A stretch of 62,260 nucleotides of DNA, filler included, from Choristocarpus tenellus KU-1152 (lineage: Eukaryota; Protista; Phaeophyceae), in the NCBI GenBank assembly GCA_964200185.2. It is 8 parts of 8 records of this genome, joined end to end, with 100 filler letters (N's around TTAATTAATTAA, not from the genome) between each part and the next. Parts side by side here need not be neighbours in the genome. Positions count along the whole stretch, not along the records: positions 1 to 7,414 come from CAXNAD020006193.1; positions 7,515 to 17,846 come from CAXNAD020002984.1; 6 more parts are not named here. One strand, 5' to 3'. Numbering within the stretch: the first letter of the stretch is position 1; every line of letters starts with the position of its first letter. A program made the position numbers and the translations under genes. Below the pieces are notes generated by a model that worked only from the letters and a program-made list of their open reading frames with translations, had not been told where the DNA came from and did no database searches. This document shows positions 1 through 12,591 of the stretch, piece by piece.

Positions 1-64
1 ACCAAGCAATCTCGCCAGGTTTATCACCTTTATGCTCTTTGATGATTTTGGGGATACTTTAACA
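1..64. repeat. End of a related TIR element; inverted copy at 7347-7410
   Basis: 1-64 is the reverse complement of 7347-7410 with one mismatch; similarity ends at GATACTTTAACA. Confidence 0.9.
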
Positions 65-827
65 AGTGGAACCTTTGATACAGCTCCTGGATACAACCTG
101 GATCAATCCTTCATTGTTTTGTTGACTCCTTGAACCATCCTGAAATTTTCTTCCATGGAACTGAGGAATTCTACCTATGTATGGTTTGGATATCTACTGG
201 GAAATCTGCCCTTCACTTCTCTACAGTGGGGTAAAAAGGGTCTAAATCGTGGCATCTATGGCTCAGGTGCCACAACCTCACCTTGGGATGACTTTTCAAC
301 AATACGTGAAGGGAATGGGGAAGTCCTCTGATGAGAGGCTTAAGGTAATGAATGGTGAATGTGTTCTAAGAAGAGGCTGATGGTAAGAATGATCTGAGGA
401 GAGAGGCTTAATGTAATGGTGAAGATGTTCGAATAACTCCTCCAACTGTATCGTAGATAACTAGTACATGTAGAGTCAGCATACAAGAGTTATTTCTGGT
501 ATACCCATATTTGTCTTTGTATATGAATGGAAGGATAGGAATTGACTCTCTATTGACCATGTTCCTTTAACGTTGTACAGTCGCCCCCTCTGCTTAAGAT
601 AATCACTCCTCTACAACATTTGGCGTGATCCCTTTGTTTATAAGTCATATCCATACACTAGTCGGGGGATGCTTTAGCAGAAGGTGCTGCTCGAAGTAGA
701 GGCTTAAAGGTTCAGGAACATGGGGCTGTTGGTGCCGAAGGAGCGTGGTCTAAGCCAGACGACATAGTAGTTGGAGTTTCAGGGGCAATTGGCCCCGAGG
801 TCACTATGTTGGAGGGATGTTGTGCAT

Positions 828-1088
828 GAGTCAAAGTAACTTAGAGGGTAGATCCGCGTCCATATAAGGGCCAAAATCCAATGTTGCGAGATTTTGATAT
901 AAAATTTGGCTATCGTCTTTGTTAGGAAGAGTCAACATCCTTGTTCCGGACATAACTTTTCATAACGTATATATTTTGCCTACTTCGAAATGTTTCCGAG
1001 TAGGTAAAATGTAATAAAAAACCCGTGGGAAGTCAAGCCCCAAATGGACAAACAGGGCAAAACTCATACCCTCTAAGATACTTCACTC
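828..1088 (+). mobile_element. MITE family A, copy 1
   Basis: Termini GAGTCAAAGTAACTTAGAGGGTA...TACCCTCTAAGATACTTCACTC; flanks gcat/gcgt. Confidence 0.92.
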
Positions 1089-1448
1089 GCGTAGTCCTGC
1101 ATATGCTCAATGAGGGAGGGGTCGTGACTCGCCACCCAAGGCAAGGGATGTGGCGAAGTGGCAGGGGGGCAAGGGGAGACTCCCAGGAGGCAAAGTGAAG
1201 CAGCAGGGCAGAGGTAAGTCTGGGACAATCCTTTGATAAGGTGGGGGTCAGTTAATGGAATGGTGGTCTACCCCAGGGCTATTGTTGCAGATATGGAGTA
1301 CAGGTGGTGACTGAGGCTAGGGTTTAGTAGGACTGGAAATTAAAGACAAGCAGGAGGCCAGATGATGTAAAGAGTTTGGCCAGAGAAGGAAGCATAGCAA
1401 TCTGCAGGAAGGTAATGACCTCCAATGCCAGAAACAGCGATTGGCGAA

Positions 1449-1705
1449 GAGTGAAAGTATCTTAGAGGGTACGAGTTTGCCCTGTTTGTCCATTTGGAGC
1501 TTGGGTTCCCATGGGTTCTTTATGACATTTCCTACTCCAAAAACGTTTTGGAATACGTAAAATGTATACGTTATGAAAAGGTGTATCCGGAACAAGGATA
1601 TTGACACTTCCTCACAAACACAATAGCCAAAATTACATCAAAATTACAGCATTGGATTTTCGCCCCCAAATGGACGCAGCCCTACCCTCTAAGATACTTT
1701 GGCTC
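1449..1705 (-). mobile_element. MITE family A, copy 2
   Basis: TIR GAGTGAAAGTATCTTAGAGGGTA / TACCCTCTAAGATACTTTGGCTC; perfect 4-bp TSD cgaa/cgaa. Confidence 0.95.
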
Positions 1706-2145
1706 CGAAGCCAGGGAAGTGGTGTGGGACAGATAGTGTTCTTTCGATGGCATGATGGTGGGGTCGACCGGGCGAGCAGTGCTGCCCGAGTTGATAATCG
1801 TGGAGATGGAATCAGTGGTGTTGGTTGGAAATGGGGGAAGCCTGTGGTGATGACTATGAAATAATGCGAGTAGTGCTTATGGTCATCCATACTCCTGCCG
1901 TTAGGTTGGGACTTGGTAGAAGAAGCTGCGTGGTAAGGTTTGTGTAGCGGGTGGGAGGTGGGTCAGGAAGAGTGGTGGAGGAGTTGAGATCAGAGGTAGA
2001 GGGAGTGGATAGGGAGTGGCAGGATGAACAGGGGAGGGGGGTGATGAAGGGAAATGGGTCTGGTGTTGCTGGACCCAGCATTCATGGTCGGAATGAGTGT
2101 TTGGAAGGAGCACTGGGAGTCTTGAAATAGGGTAGTGGGTGTGGA

Positions 2146-2400
2146 GTGTCAAAGTATCTTAGAGGGTAGAGCCGCGTCCATTTGGGGGTCAAAATCCAAT
2201 GTTGTGATTTTGATATAATTTTGGCTATTGTGTTTGTTAGGAATTGTCTATTGTTCCAGACACACCTTTTCATAACATACACATTTTACCTACTCTTAAA
2301 TATTTCGGAGTAGGAAAATATCATAAAAAAACCCCATGGGAAGTCGAGCCCCAAATGGACAAACAGGGTAATATTGGTACCCTCTAAGATACTTTCACTC
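2146..2400 (+). mobile_element. MITE family A, copy 3
   Basis: Same TIRs and body; perfect TSD tgga/tgga. Confidence 0.95.
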
Positions 2401-4140
2401 TGGATGCATTGGACAGGACAAGGCGATGCACAGGGCAGTGCCGAGGATGGTGGCAGAGTCCTGGAAGAAACTGCGGAGTCGAGTGTGAATGGTGAGTGCG
2501 GTATCCGGAGGCCCATCTGTGACGTTTTCAGAAACATTCAGTCCATTGTTGTAGAATGCTTGAATGGACGAAATGAGAGAGTTGGTAGAGAGGTCTAAGC
2601 TGAAACGTATTTGGGTCTGAAGGGTATCGCAATTGGTAGAGAGGGTAGTGATGGTTGCAGTGTACACGCGGGAGTCACTGATGATTTCACTCAACCCCCC
2701 AACTCGACCTTAGCCCCATAGAGTCAAAGAAGCTGTTACAGGCGAATAGTGCAAGTATTCTTCTCACTCTCTTACCAGTGTGAGCAGTATATGCCCGCGT
2801 GGACCCCAAAAAAGGGGAATTCCGATTTGCTAGAGATTGCAGGGTAAGATCTGTTACTTAAGAGCAAAATGTTTTTCAGATGTATTACGGAATCTGTAAA
2901 CTCGAAATGGATTGATGGTTGGAGGTGCCTACCAGCCACTCTCTTTTAATCCATGTCGTACACTTACATTGAATGAGAATATACCTTCATCTGCTGACCT
3001 GATATTCACCATCCTCGTTGCACCTTTTGACTGTCGAAGTATCTCAGGAGTCCTGTACAGGCATCAGCGCAATCTATAGTCCTGTGGACTGGACCTACAC
3101 ATCCCGTATAGAGGTAAGCTTTAGAGCGTGCTGTAACATGGAGATCCTACCAAGACTTCGGCGTTGTAATTATGGAGGTTCTGCCTTATCTCTTTCAAAC
3201 TGGAGAGAATACTCAGTATTCACCTCATCACATCGGATTCTTGGTAGTTCCCTACTATGGCCTGGATTTTTTCTGCATGGTTTCGTCTTCTCCTTGGATG
3301 GTCTTGGAGCGCTTTCGGTGTTTACCCCATCTACCCCTTCTAACTTGAAGGAAAGAACTGGGGCGTGATGGGATCTGTGGCTCCAAAGGAAGCACCATAC
3401 ACCTCTGATCGTAAATGGGTGATCTTTGAATGCCATGGTAGAGATATTGCTTAGGTAGCTATTTCTCGCCACTCATACATTAACTGTCCCGATTTTTGTG
3501 TCACGTTGTTCTTTTCTAACCCCAGGTCCGCAGACAAGTCTGCCTCACAGAGTTCGCAGGGAATTGAAGTCATGCCTGACGTACAGATTCCACCTGGAAT
3601 CAATTTTTCGGAGAGGTTCCAAGACTAGCGCCGCATCTCGCGAAAATTCCCGCAGCAGCCTTGCCAGCTCAAGTGAGCACAGAGGCAGGTCAAGAGAGCG
3701 CTTTCACTTCCGCTCCTCCTCCACCAGTGGCAAATCCTGTTCCAGGTCGAGATCCCGAGACAGGCACTCCAAACGAGACTCACGGAGGAATAGAGACGAG
3801 CAAAGAGGCCGTATCCGTTTTTCGTGCGACTGTTCTGTACTGCGGTGTTCTGAAGGTACTTGATATGGTGATGATGAACTTGGGGGTGATGATGAACTAG
3901 TGACAGTAATGACCAGTGCGTAACAAATCAACAGTCAGTATTGACTGGTGGAACTGTATCGTATCAAGGAAAAACAGATGAATAGCCTATGTTTTAACAT
4001 AAGACTCACACCGGTTTGGGTAGCGTGACAGATGCGTGGGCTATGTTTGCTAGCATGTCACACTCATTAGCCATCTCAGCTGAAATCCCCCGATCGTCAG
4101 GCAGGAACTGGGACTACCTCACCAGAACAGGACGTCCATG

Positions 4141-4431
4141 GAGTCAAATTATCTTAGAGAGTAGAGTCGCGTTCGTTCTTTGGGGTCCAAAATTCAATGT
4201 TGCAATTTTGATGTAATTTTGGCTATCGTGTTTGCTAGGAAGTATCAATATCCTTGTTGCGGACATGGACATGATACCTACTCCGAAATGTCGGATAATA
4301 CTTACTCCAAAAAGTACACATTTTACCTACTCCGACATTTCGGAGTAGGAAAATATCATAAAAAAACCCGTGGGAAGTCAAGCCCCAAACGAACAAACAG
4401 GGTAAACGTACCCTCTAAGATATTTTCACTC
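4141..4431 (+). mobile_element. MITE family A, copy 4, with extra copies of the internal hairpin motif
   Basis: Same termini and body; catg on both sides if one terminal C is lost; extra tacctactcc motifs at about 4275-4310. Confidence 0.9.
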
Positions 4432-5860
4432 ATGCAAGAAGAGGTAACAAGCCAAATTTCGCTGACACACCAAGAGGTTGTCAATAGTGATCTGACAGCA
4501 CTCGCACCAATGCTTTGACCTGTTTTAATCCAAAACTCCTTGCCCACTGTCTAGGTCACCTTAAACAACGAACCTGCCTCTGTTCCTGGGAAACATGGGA
4601 ACTCGTTCATTCCAAAAAGCAATGTGCCCAATCCCATTCGACTAGTCACACCCACCGCCCAGCCCGTGTTTCACAACTCGCCTTCATTAGCCACAGACAA
4701 GGCCAAGTAAGTCAAGTCGACATCATTCGGGCAAAGACTTACCTCAATCGTCTGCCTCCCAGGACAAAGTCCTTACATATCTAAAGGCACACCAAGTTTG
4801 CTTTCATCATGCCTATGATCAAGACTGCTTCAGGTGCATAAGCGGCGAGTGCAGGTACATACACGACGACTTGGTAGTTCCCAAAGGATACTTCTCATAC
4901 CTTTCGAGAACCCATCAGGGATCTCCAGATGCTGAATCCACTGGTGAAAGAATCTTAGAGGGTACGAGTTTTTCCCTGTTTGTTCGTTTGGGGCTTGGTT
5001 TCTCACGTTTTTTTATGACAATTTACTTACTCCGAAATGTTTAAGAGTAGGTAAAATGTATTTGCTATGAAATGATGTGTCCGGTGCAAGGATATTGACA
5101 CTTCCTAACAATCACAATAGCCAAAATTACATCAAAATCACGACATTGGATTTTGGCCCCCAAACGGACGCGACTCTTCCCTCTAAGAACAATCATAGCC
5201 TTAACAGATACACATTCCAATACCGAGCAGCGATGCAAGACTTGGAACTCCCTCCACTATTCACGAGAAGCCCAACCGATTCAGACGCTTCCGAGTCTTC
5301 TTGAAACTACACCTTGAAGTCTCAGAGTCCAGTTAACCCTGTCATTCCAACTGTAGACAGTAAGACTCCCATTTCCCACTCGACATTATTCACCATGACA
5401 CCTGCCCATTGTACTATTCAAGTATGGATATCTGTCCTGCTATGACATTCACCTAACGTCCACTCGAGAATGCCCATCCAGGTACTCCTTGACACAGGTG
5501 CTGGAGGGGGGGGTTACGTCTCATCGACTTTTTTGCGCAGCACTGCTCTTTGAGGTGGTGGCAACGGCTTACCACATCTCTCAACATATCAGGCAAGGGT
5601 ACCTTACAAGCAGCAAACCCCAAAGGATGCAATATTCCACCAATGCAGGTATTGGGTCATGCAAACTTCCAATAGCGTTTTCCCCAGAGGATAAAGTGCA
5701 AAATGTGACATTTAGGATAGTGGTGAGGCTGCCTTACAAAATGATTTTAAGAGAGCGACATTTTGTAGACAACACCAGAGCATACTGTCATTTAGAGAAG
5801 ATCAAGGCTTCCAACCATCCCCACAATCACCGTGAGTACCTTTTATCAGAGTTCTAAAAC
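4432..5860 (+). pseudogene. Ty3/Gypsy-like gag-protease relic
   Basis: IQVLLDTGAGGGGYVS aspartic protease motif near 5475-5525, downstream VTFRIVVRLPYKMIL, and a decayed zinc knuckle (CLCSW...HSKKQC) near 4575-4625; frameshifts and stops. Confidence 0.7.
4942..5188 (-). mobile_element. MITE family A, copy 5 (eroded ends), inside the Gypsy relic
   Basis: Body matches the other copies; one TIR stops at ctctaaga. Confidence 0.88.
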
Positions 5861-6039
5861 TCAGATCCCGCAGTAGCAGCGTGCCCTTGTCAGCCCTTAG
5901 CGAATGGCGTTGTAGTACAAAGATCCAATATGGATAGTTGTCGGACTGGACAACAAGAACAGAAGCAATGGACAGCTTTACATCACTACAGTTCCATGTT
6001 TTTCATGCCTTCTGGGACATTTACAATCCTAACACAAGA

Positions 6040-6952
6040 CCGCGCTCAACCATATCATCCAACCACCTGTTTGTGGTGCTCGTGCTATAATTCATCCACT
6101 TGGTGGCCATCTTCATTATCACCTGACGCACTGTGGATGACTGATTTATTGGAGTTGATACAATGTATTAAGGGCATCTTGGTCAGTGTGAGCTCTGAAG
6201 ACCGCCCACTTCGTGCCGTCACCCCTAGGTCAAGCGTGTGGCAACGGTCGAACTGATTGGCGACATCCTCTCAGAGCCCTTGCATGTAACGTTCGGACAT
6301 CCAAACTCCGCTGTGAGGGCTGGCCCAACGTGTCACGGCAGTTTATGCTCACCAGGGACCATCGTGAAGACGTGCCGCACTGCAAGCTCAACCCTGGTAT
6401 CCAGAGACACTTGGGCACCCTTCCTACGCGGGGGGGTCAATAGGGGGGTTGCCATACCGACGTTCTGAATGAAAGTGTCTTACAGGATACAAGTTTTTCC
6501 TTGTTTGTCCATTTGGGGCTTGGCTTCCCACGTGAATTTATTGACTTTTTACCTACTCCGAAATGTTTCGAAGTAGGTAATGCATACGTTATGAAAACGT
6601 GTCTCTGGAACAAGGATATTGACATCTCCTAACAAACATGATAGCCAAAATCACATAAAAATTGCAACATTGGGTTTTGGCCACCAAATGGACGAGGCTC
6701 TACCCTCTATGATACTTTAACAATCTGACACTCGACATGCCCAGTTCTGGGCTCAAAATCACCCCCAAAACACCCCTACTTTGACGGCTTGAAGCATTTC
6801 GAGTTTGTACCTGATGATCCTCAAACCCCACCTTTACTGAAAGCTGAGATTGTCAACCCAATTTTATTCTGTGGGGTTATCGTCCGATTCGGCGCTGTTC
6901 TCACTCAGGGAGCCCAGATGTTTCACAACACAAACTTAGGGCACGGAGGTAG
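6040..6952 (-). mobile_element. 5' fragment of the mariner family seen at 15079
   Basis: Reverse-complement similarity to about 15079-15725; terminus TA|CTACCTCCGT. Confidence 0.88.
6467..6722 (-). mobile_element. MITE family A, copy 6, inserted in a mariner 5' fragment
   Basis: Body matches; its flanks rejoin to give the uninterrupted sequence seen (reverse) at about 15280-15330. Confidence 0.9.
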
Positions 6953-7414
6953 TACATGAAAATTAGTACAAAATGCCACTTATTCTAATACTTCATAGAA
7001 GTAGTCTAAATCACATTGGTGTCCGACACCATTCTTTTGAGAGACCTAGTAAAAACAAAGGATAATCATGTGGTTTATGCTCATGAAAACCAGATCAGAT
7101 ATGTCGACAAAGATTTTGCCGGTGAACGTTTTCAGACAACATGCAAAGTTGTTAATTAACAACATGTAGAAGTATAATATGTGTTTGTGTTTAGGCCCAT
7201 AATATCCTCGATAGAGGGGGAAGTTAGCCCAGGTTGTCCATTCAGGGTTTGACCGGGTGCTAAAAGATACCACCAGTTTAATGCCCGTTTTGCAGGTGAT
7301 TTTCCTTTGGATTTGGTTCAGGTTGGGATGTGGAAAAGGAAGGTGCTGTTAAAGTATCCCCAAAATCATCAAAGAACATAAAGGTGATAAACCTGGCGAG
7401 ATTGCTTGGTGTCT

Positions 7415-7514
7415 NNNNNNNNNNNNNNNNNNNNNNNNNNNNNNNNNNNNNNNNNNNNTTAATTAATTAANNNNNNNNNNNNNNNNNNNNNNNNNNNNNN
7501 NNNNNNNNNNNNNN
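7415..7514. other. Artificial contig spacer (N44-TTAATTAATTAA-N44); identical spacers at 17847-17946, 26595-26694, 32093-32192, 35851-35950, 41283-41382 and 54850-54949
   Basis: Seven 100-nt blocks of the same design, each with a six-frame stop linker in the middle. Confidence 0.98.
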
Positions 7515-8469
7515 CCCCCCCAAGATACTTTGACCCTTATATGCGAGGGATTGAAGGTGTTTTTCGTAGATATGTGTGTGGATCACACTTTGTTATAGTC
7601 GTGGTAAACTTAAGTCCAGCAAAATAGACTGTCACTGCTTTGAGGATATTTGAATTTGGGCTTGAATTAATGAAAAGAATGGTTGGGGACTGGTTTATTA
7701 GGTGTATGGTGAAGTGCCCATTTTTGCGTGCGTTTGTTCGCGAAGTATTGAGAAAAAATGTAATTCATTAGGGTTAACTGTTGGTTTGTGCTTCGTGAGG
7801 TGAACAAATGGCTACATCCATAGTGAAGAAGCATCACTAATAGGGTTTGGAATTAGTCGGATTATTTCGAGTTAAACGAGTAGTGTTTTTTTTTTTTTAT
7901 GTACGGTGATGAATATTATTGTAATTCCTTATTTGGACTTTTAAAAAATCGATAGACCAAATTGTGTAATCGATGTAAATATAGTCGGGTATGGCTGCAA
8001 GAAGTTCTTCACGTAGGCGTTGGTCGGTAGTCTAGTATTCTGGGGGGTGTTTGTTGGGGTTAGGGAGCGATATGCCGGAGGTGGAAAGGGTTAGGAAACC
8101 TTTTTTATGGGTTTGTTGAAGGGCTATATTCTGACTATTTGGAGTATGTCCACATGAGGGTAGTGTTGTGGTTAGCGGATTGGGTTGACGACTGCCCATG
8201 TGGGCGAGGGTTGGGTCATGTAACGGATGTAGGTCGATTCGGTGACAAGGGTAGCATTAACAATGCATCACATGTTCCTGCTTGTATGTACATGTCTGTG
8301 GGCTTGGGAAGTATGGGAAATAGTGAGTCATCGTTTAGTGTCATTAAATCATAAATTACTTAGGGTTAGGCATAATGTGATCCAACCCTTGACCGATGAC
8401 ACTACGGTGAAACCCATTATGTAAAAGTTGTGAAACTATTAGGGAAGCAACCTGTTGACAGACGCACGC

Positions 8470-10520
8470 CTATTTTTGGATGTATGTAAAACTTGAAAGT
8501 ACTGCATCCTGGTCTGCTTCTGGACCTACGCACAAGGAGGGACGACGATATAGTGTTTTCGGACAGTGGGAAAGGATGTAGTGTGAGGCACGGAAAACAA
8601 AACTAGTGAGGGCAGCGATAGTCGCCACCCAGTGTGAGGACAAGATGGATCCCTTGCCGTAAACGTTTTCGTGTGCACTATGTACGGAATAGACGTACTC
8701 CATGGAACGCACGAATGTCTCTACTACTTGCAAGCAGATAAGTCGACAACAGAGATTCTTCGTTCTCGACCACGCCTTTTTGGTTTCCTCATATCAGGAT
8801 CGATGATACCTCGTCGTATAATTAGTTTGTGTTCTCTTTCTAATGATCGGGACTGGTCGTACTTCAGGTACCTTGCTTAAGATGAGGTCTGCCGAAGAAA
8901 CATAAACGGAATCGAGCGCGAGAAAGCGCAATGCATGCCCCGATAGGATCAATTTCGTATGCCGAAAATATGTATCAATAACAACATTCGTAAACCTTCT
9001 TCATCCATATAAATGTTGGCAATTTGTCACGAGGAATTGAATCTTATCCTGCAAATGGTATTTCCCCCCCCAAAATGACCAGTCTATTTGTAGGAAAATA
9101 TTAGAACCTGGTGAAGCTTAGCAAAGATGGATCTCAAAATGATCGGATACGATCGTTCCTACTAAGAGTCGACACACCAAAAGACAACCCCTTTTGTGCC
9201 TGATGGTACGCCAACACACTCGTCCTGCCTACCAGTTGCCTGTAGCTGTAGCTGAATCCACCGCTGTTCTTGAGGGAGTCCACGGTGGCATCACGGTTCA
9301 CATTCCAGAGCACGGTGAACGTATGTACAGCCCTGAAATCGAACTTACCCTGTGTGCCGATTTATGCAACATTGGCGAGGAGAGGGCGACGACAGAGATG
9401 CTATATAATCTGAGGGTGCGAGTAGAGTCCGTCATACCATATAGTCACACGGTGTTGGCCTAGGTATTTGTATCGAGGCACCACCAACTTGACATACAAA
9501 AAACATATACGCCCCATCATGATTTGTCTTCCATCTCCGGAAAGCAAAACTGACTTGGCTCACCACAGTCGGGTCTATGGCATATTCAGTCAAAAGAATT
9601 TTAGATTGTCATCTATATTCATGAGGGAGTAAGTTTTTTCATTCGGTATGTGCGATGGTGGGTTCATTGGCTGTGAAGCCGCATTTCATCGACGACGGTT
9701 TGTTAATATTGCATACTGGATTGATTGTTCTTACTGACATGCTTGGAAATGTACCGCGCTTACATCGTTAGTATCCCTCCTCTTGCGGTCCTGCCACACA
9801 CCGAACAGAACTTTTTCGAACTCGTCACTTCCTGATGGCAGAGTGATGAGGTCGGCAAAAGAAGGAGTCGTATCGTTAAATAACAATTCAGAGGTTGTCC
9901 GTGTCAACCAGAATACAAAAAAGAAATAATTAATTAAAGGTCGTAGCTTTACCTTCATCTGCTCAATCAGCGCCAGAGACGCGCTGGCATTATAGACTTG
10001 GGCCGCTGTGCCGTGGCTGGCACTGTTGAAACCACTCTCCAAGTTCGTATCGACTCATGCCTCCTTCAAGAATGCCATGACCTTGGCAGCTACAGTTTTC
10101 TTTGCTGCTACCTTGTACACGGCGTCGCTATATCCCTGAAGTCTAGCTTTGCTAGAGAGTACTGGTTACACAGCCTGACCAGCACCTAGCGCCTCTTCTT
10201 CTTGCTGTCGTCACTCAGGTCCGGCGGAGTGCATGGGAGAGGCTCAACCCTTCCGAATTCTCTCCAGAAGTCCTTCATGGTCATCAAAAATCAATTGGAA
10301 CCCTACCTACCTTATCTCCTTGCGTGTAATACAGGACATGTGTTTGCGTTCACCACATGACCAGCAACCTATTGGTCCAATGCCTGAGGGAAAACTGGAA
10401 CAAAGTACACGCTCGGACGGTGGTTGGTGACGATGGCCAACGCACTTGCGCCTGTACCTGCGAGTTCTGTGACAAGGGCAAGGGGTGCGACTCTGAAGAT
10501 GTGAAGACTGCACTCGAGAG
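8470..10520 (-). pseudogene. Decayed coding region with Ulp1/C48-peptidase-like and PHD-like motifs (possible TE cargo)
   Basis: Manual minus-strand translation gives FTNVVIDTYF...FLALDSVYV, SSHWVATIA and IGCWSCGERKHMSC; many stops. Confidence 0.35.
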
Positions 10521-12076
10521 CGCTATCAATATGATGGACTTCCTCCTATAAGTAATCTTATGCTGATCCGAAGCTCCAAAACAACAACGTCCAACCAATG
10601 CTAAAACCTTGCTAAAACCTTCGACAACATCAATACTGTATGTACATACCATCCTCTCCCACACACCAACCGACAATCGAAATGACTTCTCTCAATCTCT
10701 ACTAGTTGTCGTCCATGCCCAACGTTGGCCAACTTGCCGATATGCCCTTAAAAACACAATTCCATATAATGTATCCAACTCGGGACGCTGAACGAATCCC
10801 CCTACCATGATTCCAATACGACTGCCCAGGTGTGAGAGGAGCACCATCAAGCCCCTCGGCGAGCAGTCTACAGGTGGTTCAGAAGGTGGTTATAAAACAT
10901 CTTGTGTGGATGGAACATGCAATATTTGCGACTGGACTAAGCACCCCATGTGGAAATGCCCTTGTATGATCAATAACGCCCACAGTACCAATACAACATG
11001 GAACGAGTTTGTCCACGCGTACACCCCGATTGTGGAGGGGGACCTAGCAGGAAAGACATCCAAGGAGATCAAGGTGGGTGTGAGATGTGGCTATGCAAAG
11101 GGAAACCCAATAACACCATGCATGTCAATTATTGAAACTATTAATACCTCTATTGTCGTATTTTCGGGGAGGTTACTCCGACCCCACACATTCTTTTTTG
11201 GAATACAACGCTCTTTCCATTTCAATAACACGCCCACCACCAACACCGCACACAACCCCTGTCTTCAACCTGCCATGCCTAAGGCACTGCCTTCTCATCT
11301 TGGGCTTGTAACCCCAACGGCACAACGAAGGAAATAATCGAGAGGATAAAGGCGAAATACATGGTATTCAGGGCCAAGAATCTACGAATGACCGACGACT
11401 TCATCCTCACCACTTGCATGGCGGGCGAGTCAAACCCCATCTCGAGGAGGGCAACAACCAAAGAGAACGACGACGAAGACAACACAGGGTGTTCAGACAA
11501 AGGCCAACACGAAGGGAAAGGTCAGTATGTGGTCATCAGGATGAAAGGGATGCGGTGGACACCGCATGTGTGATGATGTGTTTGCCTTTTCCTGTACTAA
11601 TCCCCATCCCACATACTCCAGCAACAACACACACGGTTTTCCGCAACAGAAAACACATTACTTGGTAGGAATGGCTCCCCCTCCTCCAATATATAAGACA
11701 TATGACCCCAGAGAACTACTGCCCCCCCATCTGTACGACCAGGTCCTATTCCCACGGACAGAGGGTTTTCCCACTCCTCGAGGTCCTCTTCACCAACTTC
11801 CATAGCCATTTTTTCCTTCATCACAACACAACCATCTGGCAGGCGCGGCAGTATAAGCACTGCAAATACCGCCTCCCGAAAGGTCACGCTGCCATATTCA
11901 TTGACTTCAGTTCCCAGCTTCGACACAGCCCCCAGGACCTAACACAACAAGAATTTTTCAATCTATTGTTACGGCGCTCTTGACCATTGTTTGGTGGTTG
12001 AGGGACACGAGGGAAGGGGGAAATTTGGGGGAGGGGGAAGGATATGGGCTCACAGCACTACAATTTGTTGTGAAGA

Positions 12077-12254
12077 GGGTCAAACTATCTAGGGGGGTGG
12101 GTGGTTTGTGAGGGGGCGTCCGTTTTGGTCAAACAACTCCTTTTTTTGCTGACATTCAATCCGACACGTGCGACCAAATCACACCAAAAAAGTGAAAATT
12201 GAAAAAAAGGTGAAAAACGGACGCCGACACCCCCGCCGCCAGATACTTTGACCC
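12077..12254. mobile_element. Related MITE (family B); partial relatives at 7515-7536, 35744-35850 and about 41220-41282
   Basis: GGGTCAAACTATCT...AGATACTTTGACCC termini with inner inverted pair ggcgtccgtttt/aaaacggacgcc; flanks aaga/agca do not form a clean TSD. Confidence 0.75.
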
Positions 12255-12591
12255 AGCACCATCCATCGTGCCAGAGGAGGGAACCTTAGGTAAGTACACT
12301 AGAAGTTGTGTTGACACAACAAATTGTGTTGAATCGCCAATGCCAGACGTGATGTAGGTGTTGATGTGAAGCATATTTTTTCGTTGTTTGGTGTTGGGTT
12401 CAATTGAAGCATTTTTGTACTATCAAACTTTGCTGTATCCATGAATGAAGCATGACACTGGCCCCTCCAAGAAGAAGAACCCAAACATCTCGCTGATGTT
12501 GCCCCAGCACACAGCGTGTCCTATGTCCTTACCAGCTGTGATAATTCCATCAGTCAAGTTCTTAGACTGGGATTCAAGCTGCTACGTAGTA

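Noticed and set aside
828-6722. Recurring ~255-bp palindromic unit read as a CRISPR-like or integron/cassette array
   Set aside because: Spacing is irregular, orientation is mixed, each copy has its own TSD, and the intervening DNA is interrupted TE relics. These are independent insertions.
1-7414. Contig 1 as one large TIR element or linear virus/plasmid
   Set aside because: The element tips face inward and the interior has no polymerase, capsid or intact transposase. An assembly break in repeats is the simpler explanation.
7459-7470. Repeated TTAATTAATTAA motif
   Set aside because: Artificial linker centred in every N block.
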